This document shows, piece after piece, positions 16,825-25,750 of a DNA stretch of 64,000 nucleotides. The stretch is from a virus: positions 7,672-71,671 of IMG/VR virus record IMGVR_UViG_3300046517_000355; one strand, 5' to 3'. How positions within the stretch are numbered: position 1 is the first letter of the stretch; every line of letters starts with the position of its first letter. The position numbers and the translations under genes are program-made. The notes under the pieces were generated by a model, which saw only the letters and a list, made by a program, of their open reading frames with translations, ran no database searches and was not told the DNA's origin.

Positions 16825-17094
16825 ATGCTACAAGTCAACTATTCAACATCGTTAGTAACTTTCAAGGACGGCGAGTTCGTCGCTGAAGCTTCGACGCTTG
16901 GGATCGCACCTGGGCGTCGCCCGTCGGGCATCACTCTCAAGAGCGACAAGACTGGTCGCTGTGCGACTTTTGCCTACATGACGACAGTCGTCAAGTTCGG
17001 CGAAGTCGTCGCGTGGCGCTACGTGCCGACACGTCTTGCATGGACTGACAATCGCAAACTACGAGGCACGAGCCTCGTGATCTTAAACGACTAA
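16825..17094 (+). CDS. Hypothetical protein
   Basis: ATG 7 nt after AAGGAG; FVAEASTL motif. Confidence 0.7.
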   Translation: MLQVNYSTSLVTFKDGEFVAEASTLGIAPGRRPSGITLKSDKTGRCATFAYMTTVVKFGEVVAWRYVPTRLAWTDNRKLRGTSLVILND

Positions 17095-17095
17095 C

Positions 17096-17117
17096 GCGAG
17101 CACGACTCGCCAAGGAG
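17096..17117 (+). promoter_or_regulatory. Intercistronic pentaloop hairpin abutting SD (copy 7)
   Basis: GCGAG-CACGA-CTCGC-CAAGGAG. Confidence 0.75.
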
Positions 17118-17123
17118 ATCGAA

Positions 17124-17528
17124 ATGAAACAAGGAATCCGAAAACCCATATTTGCTGACGGCGAGCGCGTCGTCAGATCAGTAGGCGAGAAGAAGATCGT
17201 CACGCTCAAAGGTACGCCTGAGTGGAACGGCACCACATTCATGTACGCCTGTGAAGAAGATGCGATGCGATGCGGAGAGGATTATCTTCGCATCACTCTC
17301 AAAGAGGACGCAGTGGCACAAGAGCTTGCTCCTCGTGCTCTTGAGCGAGAGAAATATGAGACGACGAAGGACTTCGCGAGCAGACTTTTGGCGAGCATGT
17401 TCCAAGAAGTCTTCGCACACACAGGACGCGAGATGCCTGCCGAGATGTTTGATCGTGTGAGCGACTTCACGACTCAGATGCTGGATGCGGTATATGACAC
17501 GTATCACGTCGAAGGGAGGTCATTGTAA
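17124..17528 (+). CDS. Hypothetical protein (SH3/KOW-like N-terminus possible)
   Basis: SD AAGGAG; IFADGERV pattern. Confidence 0.7.
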   Translation: MKQGIRKPIFADGERVVRSVGEKKIVTLKGTPEWNGTTFMYACEEDAMRCGEDYLRITLKEDAVAQELAPRALEREKYETTKDFASRLLASMFQEVFAHTGREMPAEMFDRVSDFTTQMLDAVYDTYHVEGRSL

Positions 17529-17830
17529 TGGCGACACGTCTGAATAAAACGATCAAGCGCGTCACTGAGAGCATCGTCTTCGAGCGAGGCAAGACTCGAC
17601 AGATCGTCGTCTCGATAGAGCCGACACGCGATGGCTCTTCCATTGGGCTGAAGCTTTTGGGCAATCGCGACACGTACCGCATCGGCACACAGTCTGTCCT
17701 CAACATGGCGATACGTCATCATCAAGACAAGATCGAGCGACGTACAAAAGCGATCATGAAGGCAGAAGGCATCAACCAGCGCTCAGCACGAGCACGAGCA
17801 CGCAAGGAGCTTGCGAAGGAGTTGAGATGA
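17528..17830 (+). CDS. Basic hypothetical protein with Arg-rich C-terminus
   Basis: TAATG coupling; NQRSARARARKELAKELR. Confidence 0.7.
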   Translation: MATRLNKTIKRVTESIVFERGKTRQIVVSIEPTRDGSSIGLKLLGNRDTYRIGTQSVLNMAIRHHQDKIERRTKAIMKAEGINQRSARARARKELAKELR

Positions 17831-18378
17831 AAGATTCACAGCGAGGCAAAGTCTATACCGCAGAGTGCGAACTGAAGAAGGAGGGAACGAGGTTCACCTC
17901 CTACAATGACATGGTGATCTTCATCGAGAAGATCAGATCAAACGCCTTCCTGCGAAGGCGTTACAACTCACAGCTTAAGCGTCCCATCGGACTGAAGATC
18001 AACAAAGGCAAACGTTGGGCGTGGGGCAATGCAGATCACATCACGATACCTGAGTTTGGCGCCTGGGCATGGATGCCCGCTGTCGTCTGTCATGAAGTCG
18101 CTCACACGATCACGCTTCGCACGCCTCGCATTCCTCTGATGCAGTATCAGTCCCACGGACGGCAATTCTGTGCCGTGTACCTGAACGTGGTCAGAGCGAT
18201 GATGGGACGCGAGTCATACGAAGAATTGAAGGCATGCTTCAAAGCTCACGGCGTCAAATTCACTCCCAAAAAGAAGACAGCGCCGCTGTCACCTGAGCGA
18301 CGACAGACCCTTGTCGCAAGTCTTGAGATAGCACGCGCGACGCTTCGAGTCTCGCTCGCAAACAAGGAGGAGAAATGA
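17827..18378 (+). CDS. HEXXH metallohydrolase (SprT-like/TIGR04338-like)
   Basis: DSQRGKVYTAE, CHEVAH, HGRQF. Confidence 0.75.
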   Translation: MKDSQRGKVYTAECELKKEGTRFTSYNDMVIFIEKIRSNAFLRRRYNSQLKRPIGLKINKGKRWAWGNADHITIPEFGAWAWMPAVVCHEVAHTITLRTPRIPLMQYQSHGRQFCAVYLNVVRAMMGRESYEELKACFKAHGVKFTPKKKTAPLSPERRQTLVASLEIARATLRVSLANKEEK

Positions 18379-18614
18379 GATTCACACAAGAGGAGCAGGT
18401 GATCGCCAATGCGATCTCCACACTGGCAGACGATCTCAATGAGAAGATGAAGATCGCAGAACGAAAAGGCATGCAGGTAAACGTCACGCCGACAAAGATC
18501 GTCGAGGACGGCAAAGAGGTGCGGCAGATCATGGTCCGCATCATGGCTGAGATCAGCGTCACGAAAGCACCGACACGCTTCAGACGCGATAGGGAGGCGC
18601 TAGGAAACCGATGA
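18375..18614 (+). CDS. Hypothetical protein
   Basis: ATGA overlap, SD GGAGG. Confidence 0.65.
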   Translation: MRFTQEEQVIANAISTLADDLNEKMKIAERKGMQVNVTPTKIVEDGKEVRQIMVRIMAEISVTKAPTRFRRDREALGNR

Positions 18615-18970
18615 TCATGCAGATGACGGCAAAATATGACAACACTGCTCATGAAGATCGAAACATGCTTCATGTCCTCGCTCACTGTATCAGCCGAGGA
18701 GCCGCATTTATGGTCAGCGATGATCGCCGGTACCTTCTCAAGTTCGCGGATACTCGTGGGGCTTTCACACGAAAGGACTTCGAGCTTGCCATAGGTGTCT
18801 GTGATCAGACTGCGGCGCATATCGAGAATCATATCGACGCTCTCCTCTCGAAGACAGGACGGGCGCCTGAGACGCACAAGGAACTGAAGATGAAATTCGA
18901 CGAACTTCAGACCTATTTTGTCGGCACTTTGTGCTTGATGCAGATCAAAGCACAGGCAGGAGAGAAATAA
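18611..18970 (+). CDS. Hypothetical protein
   Basis: ATGA overlap. Confidence 0.65.
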   Translation: MIMQMTAKYDNTAHEDRNMLHVLAHCISRGAAFMVSDDRRYLLKFADTRGAFTRKDFELAIGVCDQTAAHIENHIDALLSKTGRAPETHKELKMKFDELQTYFVGTLCLMQIKAQAGEK

Positions 18971-18972
18971 CA

Positions 18973-19521
18973 ATGGCAACACTTTTCGCACTCACAGGAC
19001 GCTGGCTCGAATTGAATGGACGACTGTTCAACTTCGACGGCGAGATCACAGACGCAGACAAAGAGATCGAGATGGATGCTCTGTTCGAGGAGCTTGAGCA
19101 GACTATCGATGACGTAGGAGAGAAGATCGATTCCTACATCTACGTGATGGCAGAGAATGATCTTCGAGCAGAAGGCATGCGTGCTGAAGCGAAGCGGCTC
19201 ATTGAGCTTGCAAACAGATCAGACGCGACGACTGAGTGGATGACAGCGAAACTCTTGAACTTCTTCAAAGTCACGAACCGCAAGGAGCTTCAGACGCCGA
19301 AGCACTCTCTGAAGATCAAAGGTGTAGGCGGTAAACGGGCAATGGAGCTTGATATGAAGGACGCGAGCGAGCTTCACAGCGAGAGCTTCACGAAGATGAC
19401 AGAGCCCGTCGAAGCGAAGCGAGTCATCGACAATGACAAGGTCAGAAAATACCTAGAAGAAGGAGGCGAGCTTTCATGGGCGCGACTGCGTGAGAAAGGT
19501 GAAAAGCTCGACATCAAATAA
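18973..19521 (+). CDS. Siphovirus Gp157-like (Gam-like) protein
   Basis: TLFALT, KIDSY, AEAKRL, IDNDKVRKYL, C-terminal LDIK. Confidence 0.8.
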   Translation: MATLFALTGRWLELNGRLFNFDGEITDADKEIEMDALFEELEQTIDDVGEKIDSYIYVMAENDLRAEGMRAEAKRLIELANRSDATTEWMTAKLLNFFKVTNRKELQTPKHSLKIKGVGGKRAMELDMKDASELHSESFTKMTEPVEAKRVIDNDKVRKYLEEGGELSWARLREKGEKLDIK

Positions 19522-20214
19522 ATGCAGATACAGCAAGCGAACAAAGCAAACAAGAAGCTCCGCATCGCTCTCTATGGCGACAGTGGAAACGGCAAGACGC
19601 ACAGCGCGCTCGACATGGCGCGTGCGTTCGGAGATCGCGTGCTCGTGATCGACAGCGAAGATGGAGCATCGAACAGCTTCAGCGATCTTTTCGCATTTCA
19701 TGTGCTGAAGATCGACGATCCTACGCTCGACACTTACGCTCTCGCGATAGACATGGCGATCAAAAACCAATCGCAGTTCGACTGCGTGATCATCGACAGC
19801 CTGAGTCATGCATGGCAGGACGCGCTGAAGCAAGTCTCGACATTCAGCAACACGACACTGGGCTGGGGCAAGATCACACCGAAGTGGGACTCGATGATGC
19901 ACAGGATCAAAAAGTTGAATTGTCATGTGATCGTCACGATGCGAGCGAAAACCCGTCAGGAGGGCAACCAATCGTACCTGACCTATGACTCTCGCGATAA
20001 CTCGGACTATGAGTTCGATCTGATGCTTCAAATGGTCGGCATCAAAAACGACAACGGCATCACAGTCGCGAAAGCACGAGTCACGAAGAATCGATTCAAC
20101 ACCGACAATCCTAAGCTCAAGATCAATGCAGAACTGAATGCAGGCGTCTCGCTGATGAAATACATCATCGAGTGGCAATCGACTGCCAAGGAGGTGACGG
20201 ATGCCAAAGCTTAA
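19522..20214 (+). CDS. Sak4-like AAA recombinase/ssDNA annealing protein
   Basis: LYGDSGNGKT, IDSE, IIDSLSHAW, HVIVTMRAK, YEFD. Confidence 0.85.
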   Translation: MQIQQANKANKKLRIALYGDSGNGKTHSALDMARAFGDRVLVIDSEDGASNSFSDLFAFHVLKIDDPTLDTYALAIDMAIKNQSQFDCVIIDSLSHAWQDALKQVSTFSNTTLGWGKITPKWDSMMHRIKKLNCHVIVTMRAKTRQEGNQSYLTYDSRDNSDYEFDLMLQMVGIKNDNGITVAKARVTKNRFNTDNPKLKINAELNAGVSLMKYIIEWQSTAKEVTDAKA

Positions 20215-20455
20215 AGACTTCGCAAAGGCAGCCACGATCTGCCAGACAGACGATGACTCGTATGTCGTCGAGGTGATCTACCACGGTGAGCGTCGCACGT
20301 TCACCACTCGAAGCCTGTCTCAGGCTTTTACTCACTGCGCGGCCGCTTTTCAAGTGCAACCAGGCCAGACTCGTGAGGAATGGCTCGCAGAGAACCGCGT
20401 CAGGTTCGCTAAGCGAAAGGAGAACAATGAACACGATACAATTCATCCACAATGA
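20201..20455 (+). CDS. Hypothetical protein
   Basis: SD AAGGAGGT. Confidence 0.65.
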   Translation: MPKLKDFAKAATICQTDDDSYVVEVIYHGERRTFTTRSLSQAFTHCAAAFQVQPGQTREEWLAENRVRFAKRKENNEHDTIHPQ

Positions 20456-21941
20456 GATTTGCATTTTCGACATCGAATTCGTTCCCGATGTGAAGCTCGG
20501 ACGTCGCCTGCTTGGCGATCATGTCGTCAGTACAGGCATTCAGAATGAAGGCGAGATCAAAGCGATTAGCGATCTCGACGACACACACGTCGCCGCGCTC
20601 ATGCAGGAGATGTATGGGAACGACCGAGGCATCATGAAGACGATGATGTACCAAGTCGTAAGCATCGCCGCTGTGATCAGGCGTTGGAACGGCGAGGTGA
20701 AGCTTCAGATCCTAGGACGTCCTGACATCGAAAAGCTCGAAGACTTCAGCGAGCGCGATCTGATCAGCAACTTCATGAATTACGTCGGAACGAAGAAGCC
20801 GCAGATCGTAGGCTACGCGACGCACACCTTCGATCTCGTGTCGCTGTGGCAGAGAGCGATTGTCAACAAGCTCCGTGTGCCTGAGTTCTGCTCGCGACCT
20901 GGGAAGCCTTGGGAGGATGCTCCTGACTACTTCGCGACGACGAAAGCGCAGAACGGATACAATGTCGATCTCTTGAAGGTGCTTGGGAATTTCAACCAAG
21001 AGCAACCGAAGCTGGAACAGATCGCGCTCAGTCTCGACATCCCAGCGAAGATCGGCGGCGACGGCTCGAAAGTCGCAGGCATGTGGTTCAACGGTCAGCA
21101 CAAGGAGATCATCCAGTACAACGAATGCGATGCGCTCTCGACATACATGCTCTGGCTCAACTTGGTGCACACGCACGGGCTTTTGTCCACTGATCAATAC
21201 GATGCAGAGCTTGAACTGTTCGGCGTGTTGCTGGCGAGCGAGCGAGAGAAGCGTCCGCACGTTGGATTGTTTCAGGACGAATGGCACCGACTCAGTGGAA
21301 AAGAGCGCATCATCGATTCGAAAGAGGAACGGATCGAGGTCACGAAAGCCGAGCTTGCTAAGGCGGCAGATGTTGTCGCCGCATGCGACACGTCGCAGAT
21401 CGACGAAAAACCTCCTGAGCAGGCTGGAATCGTCTGCATCCAGTGCAAAAAGCCTGCGCCAGAAGGAGCAACCAACGCGGCTTACAAGTGCGCAGACTGT
21501 TCACTCGATCCGACGCACGCATTCATCGCGAAAAACCTTGGCGATCTCGTGACAGGAAAGCAATTGGCGATGATCAAGTCGCTCTGCAAAACACTGAAGA
21601 CGACGCCTGAGGCGGCTGCCTACGATCTGTTCAAGTGCAAGTTCGACGAAATATCGAAGCGTGCCGCGTCTGATCTGATCTCTGATCTGCAAGAGCGTAT
21701 CGCACGAGCAGAGACGACGCCTGTGGAGAAGACGGAGCCGAAGGAGAAAGGCACGCTGTCTATCGCATTCGGCAATGATTTTTATCGTGTCGAAGTCGAT
21801 GCTGATCTCGTGCCGAAAGATAACGTCCACTCGATGCTATTCGACAAGGAGGGACCTGTCGTTCGATTCTACGATCTTGCAGGTATGGTGCTCGCTGAAG
21901 CTCCTTGCAAAGTGCTCAGCGTCGAAGACGTTCCATTTTAA
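20427..21941 (+). CDS. 3'-5' exonuclease (PolB-exo-like) with Zn-finger and helical C-terminal extension
   Basis: FDIE, VGY...FDL, YNECD; CIQC...CADC; KRAASDLI; C-terminal DVPF. Confidence 0.8.
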   Translation: MNTIQFIHNEICIFDIEFVPDVKLGRRLLGDHVVSTGIQNEGEIKAISDLDDTHVAALMQEMYGNDRGIMKTMMYQVVSIAAVIRRWNGEVKLQILGRPDIEKLEDFSERDLISNFMNYVGTKKPQIVGYATHTFDLVSLWQRAIVNKLRVPEFCSRPGKPWEDAPDYFATTKAQNGYNVDLLKVLGNFNQEQPKLEQIALSLDIPAKIGGDGSKVAGMWFNGQHKEIIQYNECDALSTYMLWLNLVHTHGLLSTDQYDAELELFGVLLASEREKRPHVGLFQDEWHRLSGKERIIDSKEERIEVTKAELAKAADVVAACDTSQIDEKPPEQAGIVCIQCKKPAPEGATNAAYKCADCSLDPTHAFIAKNLGDLVTGKQLAMIKSLCKTLKTTPEAAAYDLFKCKFDEISKRAASDLISDLQERIARAETTPVEKTEPKEKGTLSIAFGNDFYRVEVDADLVPKDNVHSMLFDKEGPVVRFYDLAGMVLAEAPCKVLSVEDVPF

Positions 21942-21945
21942 CTCT

Positions 21946-21975
21946 TTGACAAGCTCGCAAAGGTGCGAGTATATT
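21946..21975 (+). promoter_or_regulatory. Promoter for the initiator operon with an inverted repeat in the spacer
   Basis: TTGACA-N18-TATATT; CTCGCA-aagg-TGCGAG. Confidence 0.6.
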
Positions 21976-21982
21976 TCCGATC

Positions 21983-22149
21983 TCGGTGATCGCTTTTTGG
22001 ATGGCGGTCACCGACATTCTCAAAATTTAGACCAGATAAGTGCCTTTAACTCGGCGTCTTAGTGTCCGCGTGTCTTCGCCATCTGGTCGGCTAAGCTCCT
22101 CGCGTATTCCAAAGATGCGAGGCGTCGAGTTAAGGGCATTTTCCTTTTT
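21983..22149 (+). ncRNA. Structured leader or antisense-type RNA
   Basis: 11-bp hairpin, then an 18-bp basal stem (3 G-U) enclosing two arms, then a U-tract; internal complementarities to upstream segments. Confidence 0.55.
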
Positions 22150-22162
22150 CACCTACAAAATT

Positions 22163-22978
22163 ATGTCAATAAAATTGATGTCTTTGGTCTGGGACTCTCG
22201 ATACTCAAAATACCGACGCAACCCAAAAGGTAAGTGGATCAAGTCACATTCAAAGCTTCTCGTGATGCTCAAGCTCGCAGATCACGCGAGCGATGACGGC
22301 GATTGTTACCCGTCGCAGATCGTGATCGCAGATAAGGCAAATGTCTCACAGCGCGACATCACACGAGTGCTCCGAGAGTTGGCAAAAGACGGCAAGATCG
22401 TGATCACCAGAACCCGCAAAGGAAACCTCTATAAATTGAAATTCGACGATCTCGATGCTGACTTTCCAGATCAGACACAGTGTCTGGTCCTAAATTCAGA
22501 GCGATCAGACACAGTGTCTGGTGAAAGTGACGTCCATGTCACTTCCGGATCAGACACAGTGTCTGGTGCTTTATTAAGAGAACCATCAGAAGAACCACCA
22601 ACTAACCGTCCAAGACGCGCGGCGCGCGCGGAGAAGGCGGCGAAAGCGCGAGATCCTAGAGCCGATCATGTTGCGATCAAAGCGATCACTGCTCTCATGT
22701 CGATTTATCCTCCGAAAGAGCGCTGGGACGACATCATCGCGTGGTTCGGAACTGACTTCGATCAGTCTCGCCTCAAAGACTTCTGGCTCGAATGGATCGA
22801 CAACGGCTTCAGTCGAGTCTCGACGAAATGGCTTCGCTGGTATTTCAAAGGCGTCACTGACAAAGGCGGCACTCTGATCACGACGCATCCGCTGAATGTG
22901 AAATATGGCTTCTCGAAAGCAAACGGCAAGGCTCCTGTCAGGAACGCTCCGACAATCGAAGACGAATTAGGAATTTAA
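22163..22978 (+). CDS. Phage replication initiator (N-terminal HTH_36-like)
   Basis: MSIKLMSLVW, LKLADHA...CYPSQ..IA; internal iterons. Confidence 0.85.
   Translation: MSIKLMSLVWDSRYSKYRRNPKGKWIKSHSKLLVMLKLADHASDDGDCYPSQIVIADKANVSQRDITRVLRELAKDGKIVITRTRKGNLYKLKFDDLDADFPDQTQCLVLNSERSDTVSGESDVHVTSGSDTVSGALLREPSEEPPTNRPRRAARAEKAAKARDPRADHVAIKAITALMSIYPPKERWDDIIAWFGTDFDQSRLKDFWLEWIDNGFSRVSTKWLRWYFKGVTDKGGTLITTHPLNVKYGFSKANGKAPVRNAPTIEDELGI
22469..22567. repeat. Three 20-bp iterons (probable origin)
   Basis: GATCAGACACAGTGTCTGGT at 22469, 22503, 22548; each contains the palindrome CAGACAC-A-GTGTCTG. Confidence 0.85.
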
Positions 22979-22981
22979 CGC

Positions 22982-23009
22982 TTGACACGATCTGCAAAAA
23001 GCGTTAAAT
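22982..23009 (+). promoter_or_regulatory. Early-type promoter (no full hairpin; CACGA at 23016)
   Basis: TTGACA-cgatc-TGCAA then TTAAAT at 16-bp spacing. Confidence 0.7.
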
Positions 23010-23043
23010 GTAAAACACGACAACCGTCAATAGGGAGAATTCA

Positions 23044-23652
23044 ATGTCAATTTACGACGACCTACTCAAAAACTTTGTATTGCCTGACTCATTTCGCTTT
23101 GCTATCGAGACGCCTTTCGTCACGAGGCACGATGTGAACAAAGTCGCGGCGACTGATGGACACACGCTCATGATCTGCAATCGAGCGAACTGCGACGAAC
23201 AATATCCGACGCAGGACGCGAAGCACGACTTCCCGAATGTGGAGAAAGCACTCAACAAAGGCAAGATGATCGAGCCTATCGAGTTCGACATCGCCACTCG
23301 CTGTCAGTCGCTTAAGGACGACGCTGATCTGTGGCGAATGCTCTGCGGCGAGAATGAGATCAGCATTGATGGGGACACCATGGTTTGGTTCTATGACTCG
23401 CTGATCGACTTCAGGTACCTGCGGCGAGTGCTCGATGTCGCCGTCGCGATAGCCGACGGCAAAGTCATCTTGACGCATACAGGCTTTATGGAAAACTCAG
23501 CAAGCAGTGTTGGCGGTGCTCTCCAGTTTCTCATTGGCGAAGACACGATCATCCTGATCATGCCAATGCGAGGCGACAAGCTCAATGCGAGGGCTCTGAT
23601 CTTGGACAGCACGCCGCCAACACCGCGTGAGGACGAGGTGCACAATGGCTGA
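23044..23652 (+). CDS. Truncated beta-sliding-clamp-like protein
   Basis: AATDGHTL, FPNVEKAL, DFRYL, LIMPMR resemble DnaN domains II-III. Confidence 0.7.
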   Translation: MSIYDDLLKNFVLPDSFRFAIETPFVTRHDVNKVAATDGHTLMICNRANCDEQYPTQDAKHDFPNVEKALNKGKMIEPIEFDIATRCQSLKDDADLWRMLCGENEISIDGDTMVWFYDSLIDFRYLRRVLDVAVAIADGKVILTHTGFMENSASSVGGALQFLIGEDTIILIMPMRGDKLNARALILDSTPPTPREDEVHNG

Positions 23653-24196
23653 ACTGATCAAAGACATCGAGGCGATCAGCGAGATCGCCGCACGGCTTGA
23701 GTTCCCGCACTGGTTCGGCGTCGTCTCTCAGATCAGAGACAAAGGCAACCTCTACATCGGAGCGATCTGTGACGCAGAGACAGTGAAATGCACGAAGGAG
23801 CTTGACTATCCGCATCGCAAGGTTTTCTTTCGCACTGTGCCGAAGTGGACCGATGTTTACTCGTACAAAGAGCGCACGGTCAGTCTCGCGCTCTCAGTTT
23901 ATGCTCTGCTCGTAAAGCTCGACGTGTCGCTCGTGATCACGAAGCCGCAGGATGAAGTCTTCTTCAGCATGATCGCACTCCCGTGGTTCTCGACTGAGAG
24001 CGATCTTGGCATCGGCTATCTGCGACGTGCGTCACGATCTGCGGGCAAGGAGGTTGAAGGCTACGGGTCGCCGTTTCTCGCACCCTCCAACAAGATTTGT
24101 GATCTTTGGGCAGAGCCCGTCGCGTCGATCATTCAGGAGAAGATCGAGCATCGAAACGTCACCGAATTCGATCCTCGGCAAGACTCGCTTTTCTAA
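23645..24196 (+). CDS. Hypothetical protein ending in clamp-binding-like QDSLF
   Basis: SD GAGG; lies between the clamp-like gene and DnaB. Confidence 0.7.
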   Translation: MAELIKDIEAISEIAARLEFPHWFGVVSQIRDKGNLYIGAICDAETVKCTKELDYPHRKVFFRTVPKWTDVYSYKERTVSLALSVYALLVKLDVSLVITKPQDEVFFSMIALPWFSTESDLGIGYLRRASRSAGKEVEGYGSPFLAPSNKICDLWAEPVASIIQEKIEHRNVTEFDPRQDSLF

Positions 24197-24199
24197 AAA

Positions 24200-25750
24200 A
24201 TGACTTCACAATTCGATAAGGAACAGCGCGAACAACTCGCGAAAGAGACGGACTTTTTGCGGCAAGATTATCTTTTGCCGTACGATCTCGACACTGAGAA
24301 GGACGCGCTTGGGCTGACGATGCTCGACGAAAAGTGGCGTCTCGCGATGATCAGCGCGCTCAGGCCCGAGGATTTTTATTGCGCACCATACCGTCACACA
24401 TTCGAAGCGATCTCCTTTCTTGAGACTCAAGGACTCGAAGTGACGCCGATCACGATCGGTGGCATTCTCAAAGGCAGAGGCTTTCTCGAAAAGATGGGCG
24501 GCATCACAGGCATCTCGAACCTGACGCAATATTCTGGACGATACGGCTCGCGCAAGCTTGTCGATGAATATGCGCAGAAGCTTCGCGATCTGACAGTCAA
24601 GCGGAATGCATTCGTGCTCGCGAAGACTCTCGCGCTCAGTGCGTTCGATCAGACGAAGACAGCCTCACAGGTGCTCGATCTCGCCGACGAGGAGATGTCG
24701 AAGCTTCGAGCGAAGAAAGAGACGCGCCGCACGGTGCAGACATACGCAGAGATCGCCGTCGAGGCGCGCATCGAGCTTGAACAATATCGAGCAGGAACAG
24801 CACGAGGCATCCGCACAGGCATCCCAGAGCTTGATCGTCGTCTTCGCATGCGAGGACTCGCACGCAAGGAGCTTTATTATTTTGGAGCGATGTCGTCGAT
24901 GGGAAAGACTGCTCTCTTGCTCCAGATTCTCGACTACATCAACATGCAGGGGCTTCGCTCGCTTTTCTTCAGCATTGAAATGTCGAAGATACTGCTCCTC
25001 TTTCGAACGATCCAACGCATCACGTCCGGCTTTGAGATCAGTCCCTACACGATCAGAGAGATCAAGGAGCCGAGAAACGAGCGCGAGGAGAAGCGAAAGC
25101 GGTACGGCGACTATGTTTACCGCAGAGCGCTCGAAGTGCTGGTCACGATCTCAGAATGGAAAGGCTTGGTCGATGATGAAACTCGAAGCTGGCAAGACAT
25201 CAAGGCGAAGATCAGAGAGGAGCATCGAGCGCATCCACTCGACGTGATCGGCGGCGACTACATACAACTGGCAGAGATCAAGCTTGAATCGAACCAGTCG
25301 CGGCGTGATCTCGAAGTCGGAAAGATCAGCACTGACAGCAAGGCACTCGCGAAGGAGCTTGATGTGCCATTTATCTGGCTCTCTCAGCTTCGCCGCATGA
25401 AAGATCGAGCGCATCGACCTGAGATGGACGACTTCAGAGAGACAGGTCAGATCGAGAATGACGCGGACTTCATGGGCATTATTTACGGCGACGGACCTGG
25501 GAGCGACAACAAAGCCAACGTCAAGCTCTATTGCCCAAAGCAGAGAAACGGAATGGCTGGCTGGGAGATCGAAATGGACTTCGACAAGAAGCGCCAATTC
25601 TTCAACACCGAGGAGCTTCAACGGCTCATAGACAACTCGAATCCCACAGATGATGAAATTTTCTTGCGCGAGTTTTTATCCGAGCGCGATGATGCTCCTC
25701 AGCTTCATACGATAGCACCACCGCCGACAAAAGGAGAGATATTATTTTGA
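24200..25750 (+). CDS. dnaB: Replicative DNA helicase
   Basis: LRPEDFY, GAMSSMGKT, FSIEMS, DYIQL, LSQLRR, ENDAD, KQRNG. Confidence 0.93.
   Translation: MTSQFDKEQREQLAKETDFLRQDYLLPYDLDTEKDALGLTMLDEKWRLAMISALRPEDFYCAPYRHTFEAISFLETQGLEVTPITIGGILKGRGFLEKMGGITGISNLTQYSGRYGSRKLVDEYAQKLRDLTVKRNAFVLAKTLALSAFDQTKTASQVLDLADEEMSKLRAKKETRRTVQTYAEIAVEARIELEQYRAGTARGIRTGIPELDRRLRMRGLARKELYYFGAMSSMGKTALLLQILDYINMQGLRSLFFSIEMSKILLLFRTIQRITSGFEISPYTIREIKEPRNEREEKRKRYGDYVYRRALEVLVTISEWKGLVDDETRSWQDIKAKIREEHRAHPLDVIGGDYIQLAEIKLESNQSRRDLEVGKISTDSKALAKELDVPFIWLSQLRRMKDRAHRPEMDDFRETGQIENDADFMGIIYGDGPGSDNKANVKLYCPKQRNGMAGWEIEMDFDKKRQFFNTEELQRLIDNSNPTDDEIFLREFLSERDDAPQLHTIAPPPTKGEILF

Noticed and set aside
17061-17078. 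ACGAGGC-ACGA-GCCTCGT hairpin inside the 16825 gene
   Set aside because: Different geometry (7-bp stem, 4-nt loop) and within coding sequence; not counted in the family although it contains CACGA
22040-22162. N-terminal extension of the initiator ORF
   Set aside because: Overlaps the structured RNA; the family-typical start is MSIKLM at 22163
22469-22567. Palindromic repeats as a mini CRISPR array
   Set aside because: Gaps are only 14 and 25 bp, the repeats lie inside the initiator gene, and there are no cas genes; iterons fit better
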